64,000 nt of DNA. It comes from Diplonema japonicum. Taxonomy: Eukaryota > Protista > Euglenozoa: Diplonemea. The stretch spans positions 124,001-188,000 of the forward strand of contig OZ025730.1 in NCBI GenBank assembly GCA_964019335.1. Reading direction: 5' to 3'. Position 1 is the first letter of the stretch. Each line of letters begins with the position of its first letter. Both the position numbers and the translations under genes were made by a program. The notes under the pieces are model-generated. The model worked only from the letters and a program-made list of their open reading frames with translations. It was not told the DNA's origin and did no database searches. This document shows, piece after piece, positions 23,513 through 34,246 of this stretch.

Positions 23513-24496
23513 GTTAATGTTGAAGTTTTGTTAAACCTGAGAGGGTGGTGCGAGAAAATAGAAAATTCGATCAAGGACTCAAATTAAACAGCGCTCGACC
23601 ACCACAGGCTCCAAGTGCACCATAAGGTACGTGGGGTGGTGCTTGTAGCTGATGGGGTGAGCTTCAACCTGTGCGGTGCCACCATTCAGATAGAGAAGAA
23701 AAAGAAATAGAAACGAAAACGAAATGACGGACCCACCAAATGTGTTTGCGCTGGGATGTCTTCTTTTCTTTTCCTTTTTTGTTTCCCCCCTTTTTTTTCT
23801 CTCTCTCTTCTCTCTTAAAAATATGGGAGGGGGTGTGAGCCAAGGAACAAAAAAAAGAAAATCTGAAAAAAAAGAGGTCTTTTTTAAGGGAATCTGCAGT
23901 AAGTGACAAATTGCCTAGGAAGTTAGAAAAGAAAGGTACGGAGTTAGTGAAAAGGAAATACGTGAAGCACTAGGCACCCAAATCTCCTTCGGGCACTTCT
24001 GCTAGGTACTCATTTGTCTCCCCTGCCAGAGTGTTTCGTGAAAGCAGACTTGAGCCCGTGGACCACACGTTTTACTCATTCGAAAAAAAAAAAAAAAAAA
24101 AAGAAGAAGAAAAGATTACTTGATGGATGAAGAAGTACTATAAATACCACCAAGCGGAGGAAACACATTTTCTTTTTGCGAAAAAATTACAAGAGATGTT
24201 TGTATAACTCATTATTTTCTACTAGAGAAGGAAAAGCAGAAAAAAAGGGGGGATTGAATGGGGGGGGGGGGGGGGGGGTCTGTGGGTACATTAATGCCTT
24301 ATTGCACGGATAGAAAGCAAATTGTATCCTGCGAAAGAAGAATTTGTGTAAGAAACCGCCAAACTTCTGTAGCCCAAATGGCATCCAACAGCGCCTAGCG
24401 ATTCTGAAAAAGTGAGGGGATTCATAAAAAAAAATTTTTTTTTTTATGAACTACATGTCTTTGTTGTTTGCACGAGCAAAAAAAAAAGGTTTTTAA

Positions 24497-25743
24497 CCCT
24501 TATCCGCCCAACGACTCATATATGAGTCGTCAATGGGGATGTTGTTCCCTGTGTCTATCCAAACCTGAGTCTCGGACCGGTTTCCATGAAAAAAAAAAAA
24601 AAAATGGAATGGAAAAATTTGGAAAATCTGCGTTAAATGCGCTATTTGTATCCGTCTGAAACTTCATAGCTTCAACCCAGAACGGGGCACCGAGACACTG
24701 GGCGACACCCAAAATATGGGTATTTTCTGATTTTCTCTTGACTTTTTCCCTATGAATTTCTTTTTGAGTCACTCGCAGGTCCTTATCAAAACAACAAGCC
24801 AGCACACAACAAACGTATTGGGCAGCCCCCAGCCTCAGGCTTTTTAGACCTGTTTGCCGGTGACGAGGCACCCGTATCTGACGAGGAGTCTGGTGAATCT
24901 CTATTTCTGACAAGGAGTATGATGAAGAACAGGGGGAAGAGGGAGAGGAGGAGGAAGGGGAAGAAGCAGCCTCTATCAAGGGGGATTTGACCGACTATTG
25001 GTCGGAAATGTCGAAGAACCGGTTCAAAGTGATCCTGCGGTACCTGCACCTTGCCAATCCTGCTGCCGGAGACAAAACCGACAAGCTGCGTCTGATCCGC
25101 CCGCCCATCGATCTCGTGAAAGGGAAATGGGTGAAGGCTCTGACTCCTGAACAAAATTTGTCAGTGGACCACCCCTCCGTCAGTTTGTCCCGACGAACGT
25201 AATCAATGGGGTGTTATTCTCAACGAAAGCAGCACGGGGTACTGCCCCGACATGATGGTGGGGTCGACACTACAGGGAAACACCAAAGATTGTTGTGGGA
25301 AGGCTCCTCTCCACATACGAGAACAAAGGTTATCATGTGTATATCGACAACTGGTATAACGGTGTTCAGCTCTTCCACGAGTTGAAGGGCGTGGGAATAC
25401 ACTGCTGTGGGGCGATTTGCAAAAATAGGCGGGGTCTGCCCAATGTAAGTGCCATGGAAGCAGGTAGCACAGGACAGGCCTGAAAGGGAAGACTTCTGAG
25501 TGCTGGTAAGGCTGAAATCACTGTTGTGGGGGCCACCTACTCATGACCCCTGAACATTGGCTTCTTATTGATCGAAATCACAAAATCTTTAGTGGAATGA
25601 ACGCAGATTTCAAATATCTTTCAAATGCGTACCTCGAACCAAAACATAACCTCAAGTCTTCAGCATGTCCGACCCATGCCAACAAGGGACCAAAATCGGG
25701 AAAATCCAAAAATCAATTCAACCCCCCCCTGGGCTGATAAGGG
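24497..25743 (+). mobile_element. Deleted piggyBac element with transposase remnants
   Basis: TTAA TSDs (24493-24496, 25744-25747) and TIRs CCCTTATCCGCCC / GGGCTGATAAGGG. Remnant peptides MSKNRFKVILRYLHL...DKLRLIRP and GYHVYIDNWYNGVQLFHEL..GIHCCGAICKNRRGLP. Confidence 0.9.
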
Positions 25744-25964
25744 TTAAAAAGCTGCGAAAGTTTTTTTTTTTGCTCGGCACAAGTTGCATATAGTTTTTAA
25801 AATATCATTTTTTGAAAGATAAACATTTGTAACAAAAAAAAAAAGCCTATAATCCCCTATTATCCACCATGAATCATTAACCCCACACTATGCAATTAGA
25901 TTGAATCTATATTTCTAGCGGTGGTTACTCGTGTTTTTTTTTTTTTTTTTTTTTCTCTTTTTTA

Positions 25965-27194
25965 TTATAAAATGATTGCCGTCCATTCAGTGCTGATCGA
26001 CCGACAGGTGTCCGGCACCAAAGATTTGCGGTTTTTCACACGAAAGTTAATGCCCTGTTCTTGAGCTAGCCGCTTTATCTCCATCATGCTGCCTCCTGTA
26101 GCTTTCTCCATGTCACAGCTTCTTGATTCAAACACAACACGGATGCGTCCCTTCTCCTCGAACACCGCATCTCTGTCGTCAACTGAAATGAACTCCTTGA
26201 AATCTTCGTTGAAGACCTCAAGCCTGCGTACCAAGAGCTCCCCCCCTTTCGAAAACACCTTTGTTGCAGCCAACCGAACCTCCTCTGCTCCTGCACCTGC
26301 TCCCACGCAGATTTTCCTCTTCCACTCTTCCCCGTTGAGGCTCCCAACGGCAAGAAGAACAATTGTCCCTTCCGTTCGCTGAAGAACCTCAGAAGAAGTT
26401 GGCCGATCCACAGGATCCTTGGAGAGGAGGTTGAGAACCACCTCTGAAAGATGCGTTCCTATGATAGCAGGAAGCTGTACTTGAAGCTTGCTCATCACGA
26501 GCTTCCAATTCACCAGAAGGTATTTAAAAAAAAGTTTCTTCCATTTCTCTTGTATCACCACTTGACACATTGTTACCCCAAGAGCCCACATGTCCACTTT
26601 GTTGGTGTAGCCGTTCTTTGATCTGTAGTCGGGTGCCATGAACGCAGGTGTTCCTGCAATGGTGCTGTCTGTCCCATTCTTAAGGGACACTTCTCTTGTC
26701 AAGCCTAGGTCTGCCAATATAAACCTCATTTCATCAGAATTACCAGGTGGTGCATCTACCATGATGTTATGGGGCTTTACGTCACCGTGGATGAAACCTT
26801 CGTTGTGAATGTACTCAAGGGCATTTGACATGTCCCGCAAGAGTCTCGCTGCGTTCTTTTGAGAGAGGGGTCCCTCCGTCTCCACGAGGGAGGCGAGGTC
26901 ACCTCGTGCGTACAGGGGCATCACGATGTGGACCCGCAGTACTACCTCAGAAGGGTCCTGTTGGTTTATCGTCTCGAAGTAGTCGAGGCACGGGACGAGG
27001 TTTTTGTGGCTCAGTTTCAGCATGTGCTGCACCTCCTTCACGTTCTGCTTGTGCTTTCTTTCGGTGGTTGCCTCCAAATTCTTCATAGCGAATGTGCTCC
27101 CATCTGCCCTCCTCTCTGCCTTGTACACCGACCCCTGCCCGCCAGACCCGAGGCGCTCCATTTGCTCATACTTCTGAATATTCACGGATTGCAT
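25965..27194 (-). CDS. Ser/Thr protein kinase
   Basis: Motifs LGSGGQGSV, AMK, HGDVKPHN, DLG, GTPAFMAPD, DMWALG and RPTS. Confidence 0.92.
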   Translation of the reverse strand: MQSVNIQKYEQMERLGSGGQGSVYKAERRADGSTFAMKNLEATTERKHKQNVKEVQHMLKLSHKNLVPCLDYFETINQQDPSEVVLRVHIVMPLYARGDLASLVETEGPLSQKNAARLLRDMSNALEYIHNEGFIHGDVKPHNIMVDAPPGNSDEMRFILADLGLTREVSLKNGTDSTIAGTPAFMAPDYRSKNGYTNKVDMWALGVTMCQVVIQEKWKKLFFKYLLVNWKLVMSKLQVQLPAIIGTHLSEVVLNLLSKDPVDRPTSSEVLQRTEGTIVLLAVGSLNGEEWKRKICVGAGAGAEEVRLAATKVFSKGGELLVRRLEVFNEDFKEFISVDDRDAVFEEKGRIRVVFESRSCDMEKATGGSMMEIKRLAQEQGINFRVKNRKSLVPDTCRSISTEWTAIIL

Positions 27195-27299
27195 ATATTT
27201 TTCTCCCCTCCTTTTTTTTTTTTTTTTTCTTTTGTCATTTTTTTGGGTGTTGAAAAAAAAAAAAAAAAAAAGTTAACTAAAATTTGGACATCGATTTGT

Positions 27300-27635
27300 T
27301 CATGTAGTGGAATCGAAGTCCACCGGTTCCGTGCTTTGTCTAAACAAAGCACTGGAGTGTGGGGAGGGCAGTGGTACAGGGCTAGATGTGTTTTTCGGCG
27401 ATCCTCCTACAGACACAGCCGACAGTTTCCTCCCCACCGCTGGGAGGAGGTCCTCATTCACGATCTCCTCTGCGTAGTCTACCGACACTACGCCCTTGTT
27501 TATCCTGCGGTTCATCACCCTTTTCCAGTAGCTTCTCCTCACTACCACCACCAACAGAATTAAAACTACAACGGTCATCCCCACACTCCCGAGCACGAAG
27601 ACTAGCACAGTGTCATCCTTCGTTAATCGACCCAT
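27300..27635 (-). CDS. Small single-pass membrane protein
   Basis: 111 aa with a long hydrophobic stretch followed by basic residues. Confidence 0.55.
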   Translation of the reverse strand: MGRLTKDDTVLVFVLGSVGMTVVVLILLVVVVRRSYWKRVMNRRINKGVVSVDYAEEIVNEDLLPAVGRKLSAVSVGGSPKNTSSPVPLPSPHSSALFRQSTEPVDFDSTT

Positions 27636-27868
27636 CTATATGGGGCCTGAGTTTTTTTATTTTTTTTTAAAACAGTTTTCTAACATCGGCAAAAAAGGAA
27701 GCAAAATGAAGAAAAAAAAGAAAATCTAAGAAGAGAGAGGACTAAGTAAAGGAAAGAAGAAAATCTATAGGGGGGGTAGGGAGGGAGGGAGGGAAGGAGT
27801 TAAACCAAAATAAAAATTCACTATGATAGGAACGAAGTGGTTAGCAACGGCCCGCCGCGGTGGCGTGC

Positions 27869-30800
27869 CTACCTTATGATGCTCCCCTTTTGGGGTCGTT
27901 CCCTGCTACCCACCGTAGTGCCTAGCTGTCGTTTATATCTTCCAATCCTTTCTTTCCGGTAATCTTCTCTCAGTCCTTTCAGCTTGGTCGCCGTCAGCCC
28001 CGATGCAAACAGGGCCCTCCTATCAAAGCCAACGACGTGGTCGCGGCCAATGGATCGTAGTGATCTCACGTTCTTGCATGACTGCGCCGGAAAAGCGCGC
28101 CTCCTCTTCTCCCTCATCCATGTCGCTTGCAGCGTATCCAGGATCCGCTTGATCCTCACCGCCTTCTTGTCGATGTCAATCGTCGTGTTGATGTTAACCC
28201 CCAGCGTCTTCTTCGTGTAGCACTCGAAGTCAATCGCCAGCTCGATCGCCGACACGGACGTTCCCTCCTCCGCCCACCGCAGCGCAGCCAGCCATCTCAG
28301 CACCTGATCACCATACTCCCTGAGCTGCGGGGTCAGCTTGAGCTTGTACAGTTCCACAACCTTTGGCGCCTCGAAACGCCTTCCTTGAGTCGTCACCACC
28401 CACGGCGGTTCCTTCTCAACCGCGAACCGCTTCACCGCCAGAGCATCGTCCCTGCGCCTCACCACCTCTGCCAAATACCTCTGCAGCCTCTCCAAACCGC
28501 GGAACACGACCTTCCTCGGGAGAATCCCGTGCAGCTCCAAACAGATCGGCCACCTTTCGCTCCTGACCAGACCGTTATATACCTCCTTCTTCTGCACCTC
28601 CAATGCGACCTCGCACTCCCAAAGCTGGTGTCGCAGCAACCTAACTGTGCTGCCCTTCGCAGCATCACAGACGTCGCAATTGAGCGTTCCCGCTGCTTTG
28701 TCCGTCCTCCCCCTATCCAGGTGGTCGGCTTCTTCCTCGCTCCCCTCACCTCCTTCCTCATCAGGTTCTTCAGGAGGGGAGAGTAAAACTTGTTTCGCAT
28801 ACGGGCTGAGGTACGGCACCGCCCCGGCGATTATCCTCCTCACCCGCCACGCTTCGAGCGGTCTGCGTGCGCTGGACTTCATCCAGTAAGCGTTCGTTGC
28901 AGGGGCCGCGCCCATCCCAAGCCCGGCCATCGTGCTTCGCGCCTTCACAATACCCGATGTCCTCATCCTCCGCAGAGCCTCCCTGAGGTCGTGCCCAGGA
29001 TTCTCTCCTCTGTGCCAGCTTGCCAGCCTTTCCCACTTCCATCCGATCGCCGGAAGCCACCTCAGGAGCACATTTCCCACGACCCCCCTCGGCCTCACCT
29101 GCCCAGAAGTTTCGTACGCCTGTGCCAACTGCGTCCATGCTGCCATTGCCCCGTCCTGCCTCAGCCAGCACCTCCTCAGCATCATCAAAGCACTGTATAC
29201 TACGGCACACAGCGGGTCCACCCGGTGCGCTCGCGCCAGGATTGACAGTACCACGTCTGGAGATCTTCCTCTGTAGTGGGGGCCCCACAGGCATTTCACG
29301 ATCGAGCCTTTAAGCTGACTGAGACTCCAGTCACTCGGCGGAGAGAAGCTCGAGCTGTATAGCAGTCCCGGCATAATATGAGTTCTGATGAGGCTCTCCT
29401 TCCTCTGAAAAGAGAGTTGGGTCGAAGCCAGCCTTTCCACCTTCTGTCTTGCAGTAACCGCGGCGTCGTTCCAGCTCGTGCCGCATGCTGTCGTGTTCAG
29501 CATAGTTCCCAAAGCCTTATGTTTGTCGACCTTGTTGAGCCTTACCTTCCTTCTTCTTCCGTCCACCTCACTACCGACGTGGATGATACACTTTCCGATG
29601 ACCACCGTCTTCCGTATATTCAACTCCATGCCCGTTATCGTACAGAACTCCATGACACCGTCCGTCGCCGCTTGTAGTGCCTCCCGCAACTTAGCCAGCA
29701 TGTAGGCGTCGTCCGCATAGGCTATCGTCACGAGGTCTCCACCGGCTTCCAGCGCCTTAAGCATGACCGCAATGAGCGCATTGATCATGATCACGGACAG
29801 CGGACACCCTTGCAGGATCCCATTGGTCACTCTGAAGGTTTCGCCCACCCCAAAGGGGTACTTGAACCGCCGCGTGATCTGTGAGTACATGCCCTCCATT
29901 GCGCACGCAATTCCCGGCTCGAGCCCAAGGCTCCGCATTAGCTCGAAGGTGAGCCGCTGCGGTACCAGGTCGAAGCATTTCGCAAAATCCAGAGCCACGC
30001 CCACCAGCTCCTTACCCTCCAACATCGCCTCTTCATACTGAGCTAGGAGGTCCAGTAGTGCCGTCTCCGTGCCCCGCCCCTTCCGAAAGCTGTGCTGTCT
30101 CTCGCAGATCCACCGTTCTTGCCACGGGAGAACCGTCCTCAGCCTGGCGCATGCCCACAGTCGATACACCGCGCTGGTGACAGTAATCGGTCTGTGGTCC
30201 AAGGGGCCGAGGCCTGCCCCCTTCGGTATTAGCGACACCAGGGCCGTACACATGGCTTCCGGCCACCTCCCCTCCCTCTCGATCAGGTTAAACAGGTCTG
30301 CCAGTCCGTCCAATACCCACCTGGGCAGCCTCTTCAGCTCTGCGTTGCGCCATCCGTCGACCCCACACGCGCCCCTAGGACGCTTGCGGCTCAGCACCTC
30401 CTGGAGCAGCCTCCCCGTAATCTCTGACCTCGGCATTTCCTGGTGCTGTATGTGTTCCTCGTACTTTTTCCTGAAATCGGAGAATTGCGGTTCTCGTCTT
30501 TCCGAGCAGAAGATCCCTTTCCACGCCTCCCTGAACACCTCGTCCATTTCTTGTGGGTCCGCCGTCACACCGTCCCCAGCGTCCACCGCCACTGACCTCT
30601 CGCATTGCGTTCCCCGCAGCAGCGCCGTGAGGTGCCTCCTACCCTCGTCCAGGTTCGAGACAATCGTTCTCTCGTAGGCCTCAGCCCGGCTACACTTCTG
30701 TTCCGTGCAGAGCGCGGCAATCTGTCTCCCCGCCACGTCACGCACTTCAGCGATAGCTTCCTCTGTGCTCTCCAAGGAGCCGTGCATGGGTACGGCGCAG

Positions 30801-32224
30801 TCAATACCTAGCTTCACGCACCTTGCATTGGCGTTCTTCAGGGTATTGTGGGTCACCTGCGGAAGCTGTCCTACGTGCCCCCTCCGAAGGTGGTCCTCAA
30901 TCTGTCGCTGGGCAGCCTCTACGCACCGTTTCAGCTTCACCAGCTTCCTTTGTCGGTCGCACACCGCACCGACAATCTCTTCCGTAGCAGGTGGACACAG
31001 TTCCCTCAGCTTCGGCAACCTCGTCTCACCCCTGCCAAGGTAAGCCCCCGCCGTGGTCCCTGCGAAACCCCGCATCAAATGCTCTTCTGCGAGTCTGGCC
31101 CATTCCCTGTAGGCCTCGTCCACCTGCCTATCCTGAATGCACCGCTCAAAGATGGAATCCGCCAGCGACGGCTCGGGGTCTTCTTCTGTCATCGCTACCT
31201 CCGGTATCTCCCTCGGGATCGAGTACTGCAGCACTGCCCGCCGGATTCTCGTTGTCCCCAACTCCAGCGACAAGCACCTGTGGTCTGAGCCTTCCACGCC
31301 ATCATGCACCCAACAGCGTATCAGAAACTGTGCAGCAAGGGGGTTCAGAAGCGCCCTATCGATCCGAGAATGGGAGTTGGTCCTCTTCAAAGTCGATTCG
31401 GGTGTCGCACCGCTCAACGCCGCACATGCAGCCGCCGCATCAACCCAGTCCGAGGCCAAAGCCTTTTCTAAGGTCGGCGACCGATCCTCCTCGCAGTTAA
31501 GGTCCCCGATCACCACGATCGGCACGTCTCCCAGCTCTATTCGCTTCCTGACCAGAATGTGATGCAGAAGTTGCTCCCGTTCCCTGGCTTGCACAGCCTC
31601 ATTGCCAGCAGGACAGTAGACGTTCAGCACATGAAGCCATCGCTTGCTGCCGTCCAATGATACCTTCGTGTGCACGCAGCGGCTCTTGTACGCTTCCAGC
31701 TCGTCTCCTGCGCTGCACCTCAGAGAGGCTCGGGGCCTTTTCACGAAGGTCGCGACCCCGCCCCTTTGTGCGACTGTAAGTGACACCACTCCACCGCCCA
31801 CCCGGCCTGGTTGTGGTTTCCCCCAGTGTCTTTCGTAGGCCCTCCCCCACGCATCTCGCCCGAGAGAGAGTTCAATCTCCCGCTGTACCGTCGCCGTCAG
31901 TGCCGTCTCCTGTACACAGAACACATCGGGATCCAGTCCTTTGCATTCCCCCATCCTGTTGTTGAAGGACGCGACGTTCAGGGAGGTGATGACGAGAGGC
32001 TCGTTCTTCGGTAATGTGGGCGGCGGGCTTCTGTTCCTCTTAACACCCGTCTTTGCACCCGTCCTTGGTCTCGCACCCGCGGCTCTCTCCGCATCACGCG
32101 TTCCCCTCATCACAGCCGGCTTCGGACCTGTCTTGCGCTTGGGACCGGGGTGCGGATGAACCCCCTGCGTCACGAGTAAGTCAAAGTCCTCCTCCCTCTC
32201 CGACTTACCCGTGCGCTTCGCGCT
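27869..32224 (-). CDS. ORF2: 2A-like peptide, AP endonuclease, reverse transcriptase, Cys/His knuckle
   Basis: APE motifs SLNV, CVQET, NVYCP, GDLN, SRIDR and SDH. RT motifs LIPKG, RPITV, LDFAKCFD, GILQGCPLS and YADD. Then CDVC...HQLWEC. The frame is open from the ORF1 stop (32224); the track's start at 32173 is a GTG. Confidence 0.93.
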   Translation of the reverse strand, partial: SAKRTGKSEREEDFDLLVTQGVHPHPGPKRKTGPKPAVMRGTRDAERAAGARPRTGAKTGVKRNRSPPPTLPKNEPLVITSLNVASFNNRMGECKGLDPDVFCVQETALTATVQREIELSLGRDAWGRAYERHWGKPQPGRVGGGVVSLTVAQRGGVATFVKRPRASLRCSAGDELEAYKSRCVHTKVSLDGSKRWLHVLNVYCPAGNEAVQAREREQLLHHILVRKRIELGDVPIVVIGDLNCEEDRSPTLEKALASDWVDAAAACAALSGATPESTLKRTNSHSRIDRALLNPLAAQFLIRCWVHDGVEGSDHRCLSLELGTTRIRRAVLQYSIPREIPEVAMTEEDPEPSLADSIFERCIQDRQVDEAYREWARLAEEHLMRGFAGTTAGAYLGRGETRLPKLRELCPPATEEIVGAVCDRQRKLVKLKRCVEAAQRQIEDHLRRGHVGQLPQVTHNTLKNANARCVKLGIDCAVPMHGSLESTEEAIAEVRDVAGRQIAALCTEQKCSRAEAYERTIVSNLDEGRRHLTALLRGTQCERSVAVDAGDGVTADPQEMDEVFREAWKGIFCSERREPQFSDFRKKYEEHIQHQEMPRSEITGRLLQEVLSRKRPRGACGVDGWRNAELKRLPRWVLDGLADLFNLIEREGRWPEAMCTALVSLIPKGAGLGPLDHRPITVTSAVYRLWACARLRTVLPWQERWICERQHSFRKGRGTETALLDLLAQYEEAMLEGKELVGVALDFAKCFDLVPQRLTFELMRSLGLEPGIACAMEGMYSQITRRFKYPFGVGETFRVTNGILQGCPLSVIMINALIAVMLKALEAGGDLVTIAYADDAYMLAKLREALQAATDGVMEFCTITGMELNIRKTVVIGKCIIHVGSEVDGRRRKVRLNKVDKHKALGTMLNTTACGTSWNDAAVTARQKVERLASTQLSFQRKESLIRTHIMPGLLYSSSFSPPSDWSLSQLKGSIVKCLWGPHYRGRSPDVVLSILARAHRVDPLCAVVYSALMMLRRCWLRQDGAMAAWTQLAQAYETSGQVRPRGVVGNVLLRWLPAIGWKWERLASWHRGENPGHDLREALRRMRTSGIVKARSTMAGLGMGAAPATNAYWMKSSARRPLEAWRVRRIIAGAVPYLSPYAKQVLLSPPEEPDEEGGEGSEEEADHLDRGRTDKAAGTLNCDVCDAAKGSTVRLLRHQLWECEVALEVQKKEVYNGLVRSERWPICLELHGILPRKVVFRGLERLQRYLAEVVRRRDDALAVKRFAVEKEPPWVVTTQGRRFEAPKVVELYKLKLTPQLREYGDQVLRWLAALRWAEEGTSVSAIELAIDFECYTKKTLGVNINTTIDIDKKAVRIKRILDTLQATWMREKRRRAFPAQSCKNVRSLRSIGRDHVVGFDRRALFASGLTATKLKGLREDYRKERIGRYKRQLGTTVGSRERPQKGSIIR

Positions 32225-34060
32225 TCATTTGCCGAAACACCGAGTGCACGCCCAGGTTATGCACCCCGCACACTTCCTCGCGAAGGTGTCCTTTTCCTTC
32301 TGCTCCTTGCAGACACCGCAGCACCACACCGCTCCCTTTCGCGCTCCCTTCTCTGGGAACCGGTGCTTGCACGTCCTCGCGTGTTCGGCCATCGTCCGCT
32401 GCTCCGGGGACTCGGGTTCGTCCTCGTCGTTGAGGAGGCGCTTCTTGGGGTTTGGAGTAGACATCTGACTGTCCCCCTCCTTCTTCTCCGGTTGCCCGGC
32501 GGATAGAACATTCGACTCATCGGTGGATGGTGCCTGCGGCATTTGCTCACCTGACTGCTGTGCAGTGGGTGGCGCATCCGTTGTAGCTCCGGCAAGCCTC
32601 CCAGGTGAGGTCTTCTGCGCGGTCGAGCCAGCCCACTTGTATACGGCCCTCCTCCGCATTTCGCCAGCCCCCAGTGCCTTGATGAAGACCGGTCTCCCAC
32701 CAATGTCCATCCCGCTGAACGGAGGCGGTGCTCCAGCTTTCAAGACAAACGTCCTTGCATTTCCCCTCACGAATGTAGAGGCTACCTCGCACTGCCACCC
32801 GCCCGCACGGAAGGCACCTAACAGTGGCCCTTCGTGGTCTGCCGCCCTCGCCCCTTCCACCAGGTACCTCGGCTGAGGCTGCCTCGGTTCCGCAACGAGT
32901 TGCGCGCCCCGCTCATCAGCCATGGCCTCTGCCTTCTCCGCCTCGGACAGGGTCCGGAGCCCCAACCCTCTCGAGGACACCGCCAGACCCCTGCCCGCCG
33001 CGTCCGCCCACTTCAAGGCCTCCACCAGTGGGGTCTCCGGCTTGAGCCAGAGGATGTGGTGCGCGTGGTTCTCCTGGCCGCCAAAGAACTTCAAGGCCCT
33101 GAAGAAGATACCACCCCTCCCCGAGGCCGCCTCAAGCACTGCCGCCTCAGCTTCCGGCACCTTCACCATCATTTCCACCCGCCCGGGTGCCCTCCTCAAC
33201 CCGAAGAAGTAGCTCCGGTCCACGGGCTTTCCCAGCGCCTTCTCTGTCGCCTGCCTCAGCCTGGCCACAACATACCCGAATGCGGCTCTCCCGACCAACC
33301 TGTCTCGATCAGCGGGGTGGTACTCTAGAGGTAGGGTGCACACCAGGACACTCGGTTCACACTCCACACTCGGTTTGACCGCAGCGGCGATACCCTTGCG
33401 AAGGCTTGCGAAGTCCCCCATCCCCCCGAGCCTCGTTACCCTGAGGTACCTCATCCTGCGTTCCTCCCCAATTAGGACTGGGAGGGGGAGCTTCAGGTTC
33501 TCCTCCAGATGCGTGGCATCGCCGTCCACCACCAGCTTCTTCCTGGTGATCAACACCATCCCGCAGCCCAACTGTTCGCCCCTGCTCGCGAGCTCCCTGT
33601 GCTCATCCAGCCACAGGTCGTACGCCTTCTGCGCGCCTTCCTCGTCCTCACACACCATTACCCCCTCCCCCTTTGGCTCTGTGAGGACGGGGCAATGCCA
33701 GTCCGCCGGGTCCAGGCTCACCGCGCCCATTACCTTCCTTGCTGGCACCTTCGTCCACTTCAGCAGAGGCTTTGCCACTGTCTGCTTCGACGCCTGCTGT
33801 TGACGCGGCTTCGTCTGTTGCTTCTTCTGTTGCTGTTGCTGTTTCACCTTCTCCTGTCCTTGCACCTGCTCCTGTCCTCGCACCTGCTCCTGTCCTTGAA
33901 CCTGCTGCTGTCCACCCTGCGTGCCTGTTCCTCCCTCCATGATGTCCAGGGCCGTCTCCAACAGGAGGACGGCCGGCTCTTGCCACATGACACCCTTCTT
34001 CGCAAGTACCTTTGCCCTCATGATGATGGCAGTTACCATGTCCTTCAAATTTCCACCCAT
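32225..34060 (-). CDS. ORF1 of the non-LTR retrotransposon (Gln-rich repeats, C-terminal Cys-rich zinc finger)
   Basis: 611 aa directly upstream of ORF2, with (Q/R)GQEQV-like hexapeptide repeats and a C-terminal CKH...CGVC...CAGC...CTRC. Confidence 0.85.
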   Translation of the reverse strand: MGGNLKDMVTAIIMRAKVLAKKGVMWQEPAVLLLETALDIMEGGTGTQGGQQQVQGQEQVRGQEQVQGQEKVKQQQQQKKQQTKPRQQQASKQTVAKPLLKWTKVPARKVMGAVSLDPADWHCPVLTEPKGEGVMVCEDEEGAQKAYDLWLDEHRELASRGEQLGCGMVLITRKKLVVDGDATHLEENLKLPLPVLIGEERRMRYLRVTRLGGMGDFASLRKGIAAAVKPSVECEPSVLVCTLPLEYHPADRDRLVGRAAFGYVVARLRQATEKALGKPVDRSYFFGLRRAPGRVEMMVKVPEAEAAVLEAASGRGGIFFRALKFFGGQENHAHHILWLKPETPLVEALKWADAAGRGLAVSSRGLGLRTLSEAEKAEAMADERGAQLVAEPRQPQPRYLVEGARAADHEGPLLGAFRAGGWQCEVASTFVRGNARTFVLKAGAPPPFSGMDIGGRPVFIKALGAGEMRRRAVYKWAGSTAQKTSPGRLAGATTDAPPTAQQSGEQMPQAPSTDESNVLSAGQPEKKEGDSQMSTPNPKKRLLNDEDEPESPEQRTMAEHARTCKHRFPEKGARKGAVWCCGVCKEQKEKDTFARKCAGCITWACTRCFGK

Positions 34061-34080
34061 TTTTATAAAGGGGAGAAAGT

Positions 34081-34137
<57 letters not shown>

Positions 34138-34246
34138 TATATATATTATTTGTGTTTATATGTTGACACTTACACTGATCGTTGAAAGGGGAAGTAAAGA
34201 GACCCCGTTAACTTCCTTTGAAACTTTATCAGCCACGGGGAGCGAC

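Noticed and set aside
22244-23587. 447-aa + strand ORF (and similar long antisense ORFs over the LINE, the Cys-rich gene and RPA1)
   Set aside because: Antisense shadows of GC3-rich coding sequence, with no recognisable motifs.
32225-32227. Genome-wide stop-codon reassignment as the explanation for the in-frame UGA
   Set aside because: Host genes terminate normally at TGA, TAG and TAA, and long ORFs such as RPA1 have no internal stops.
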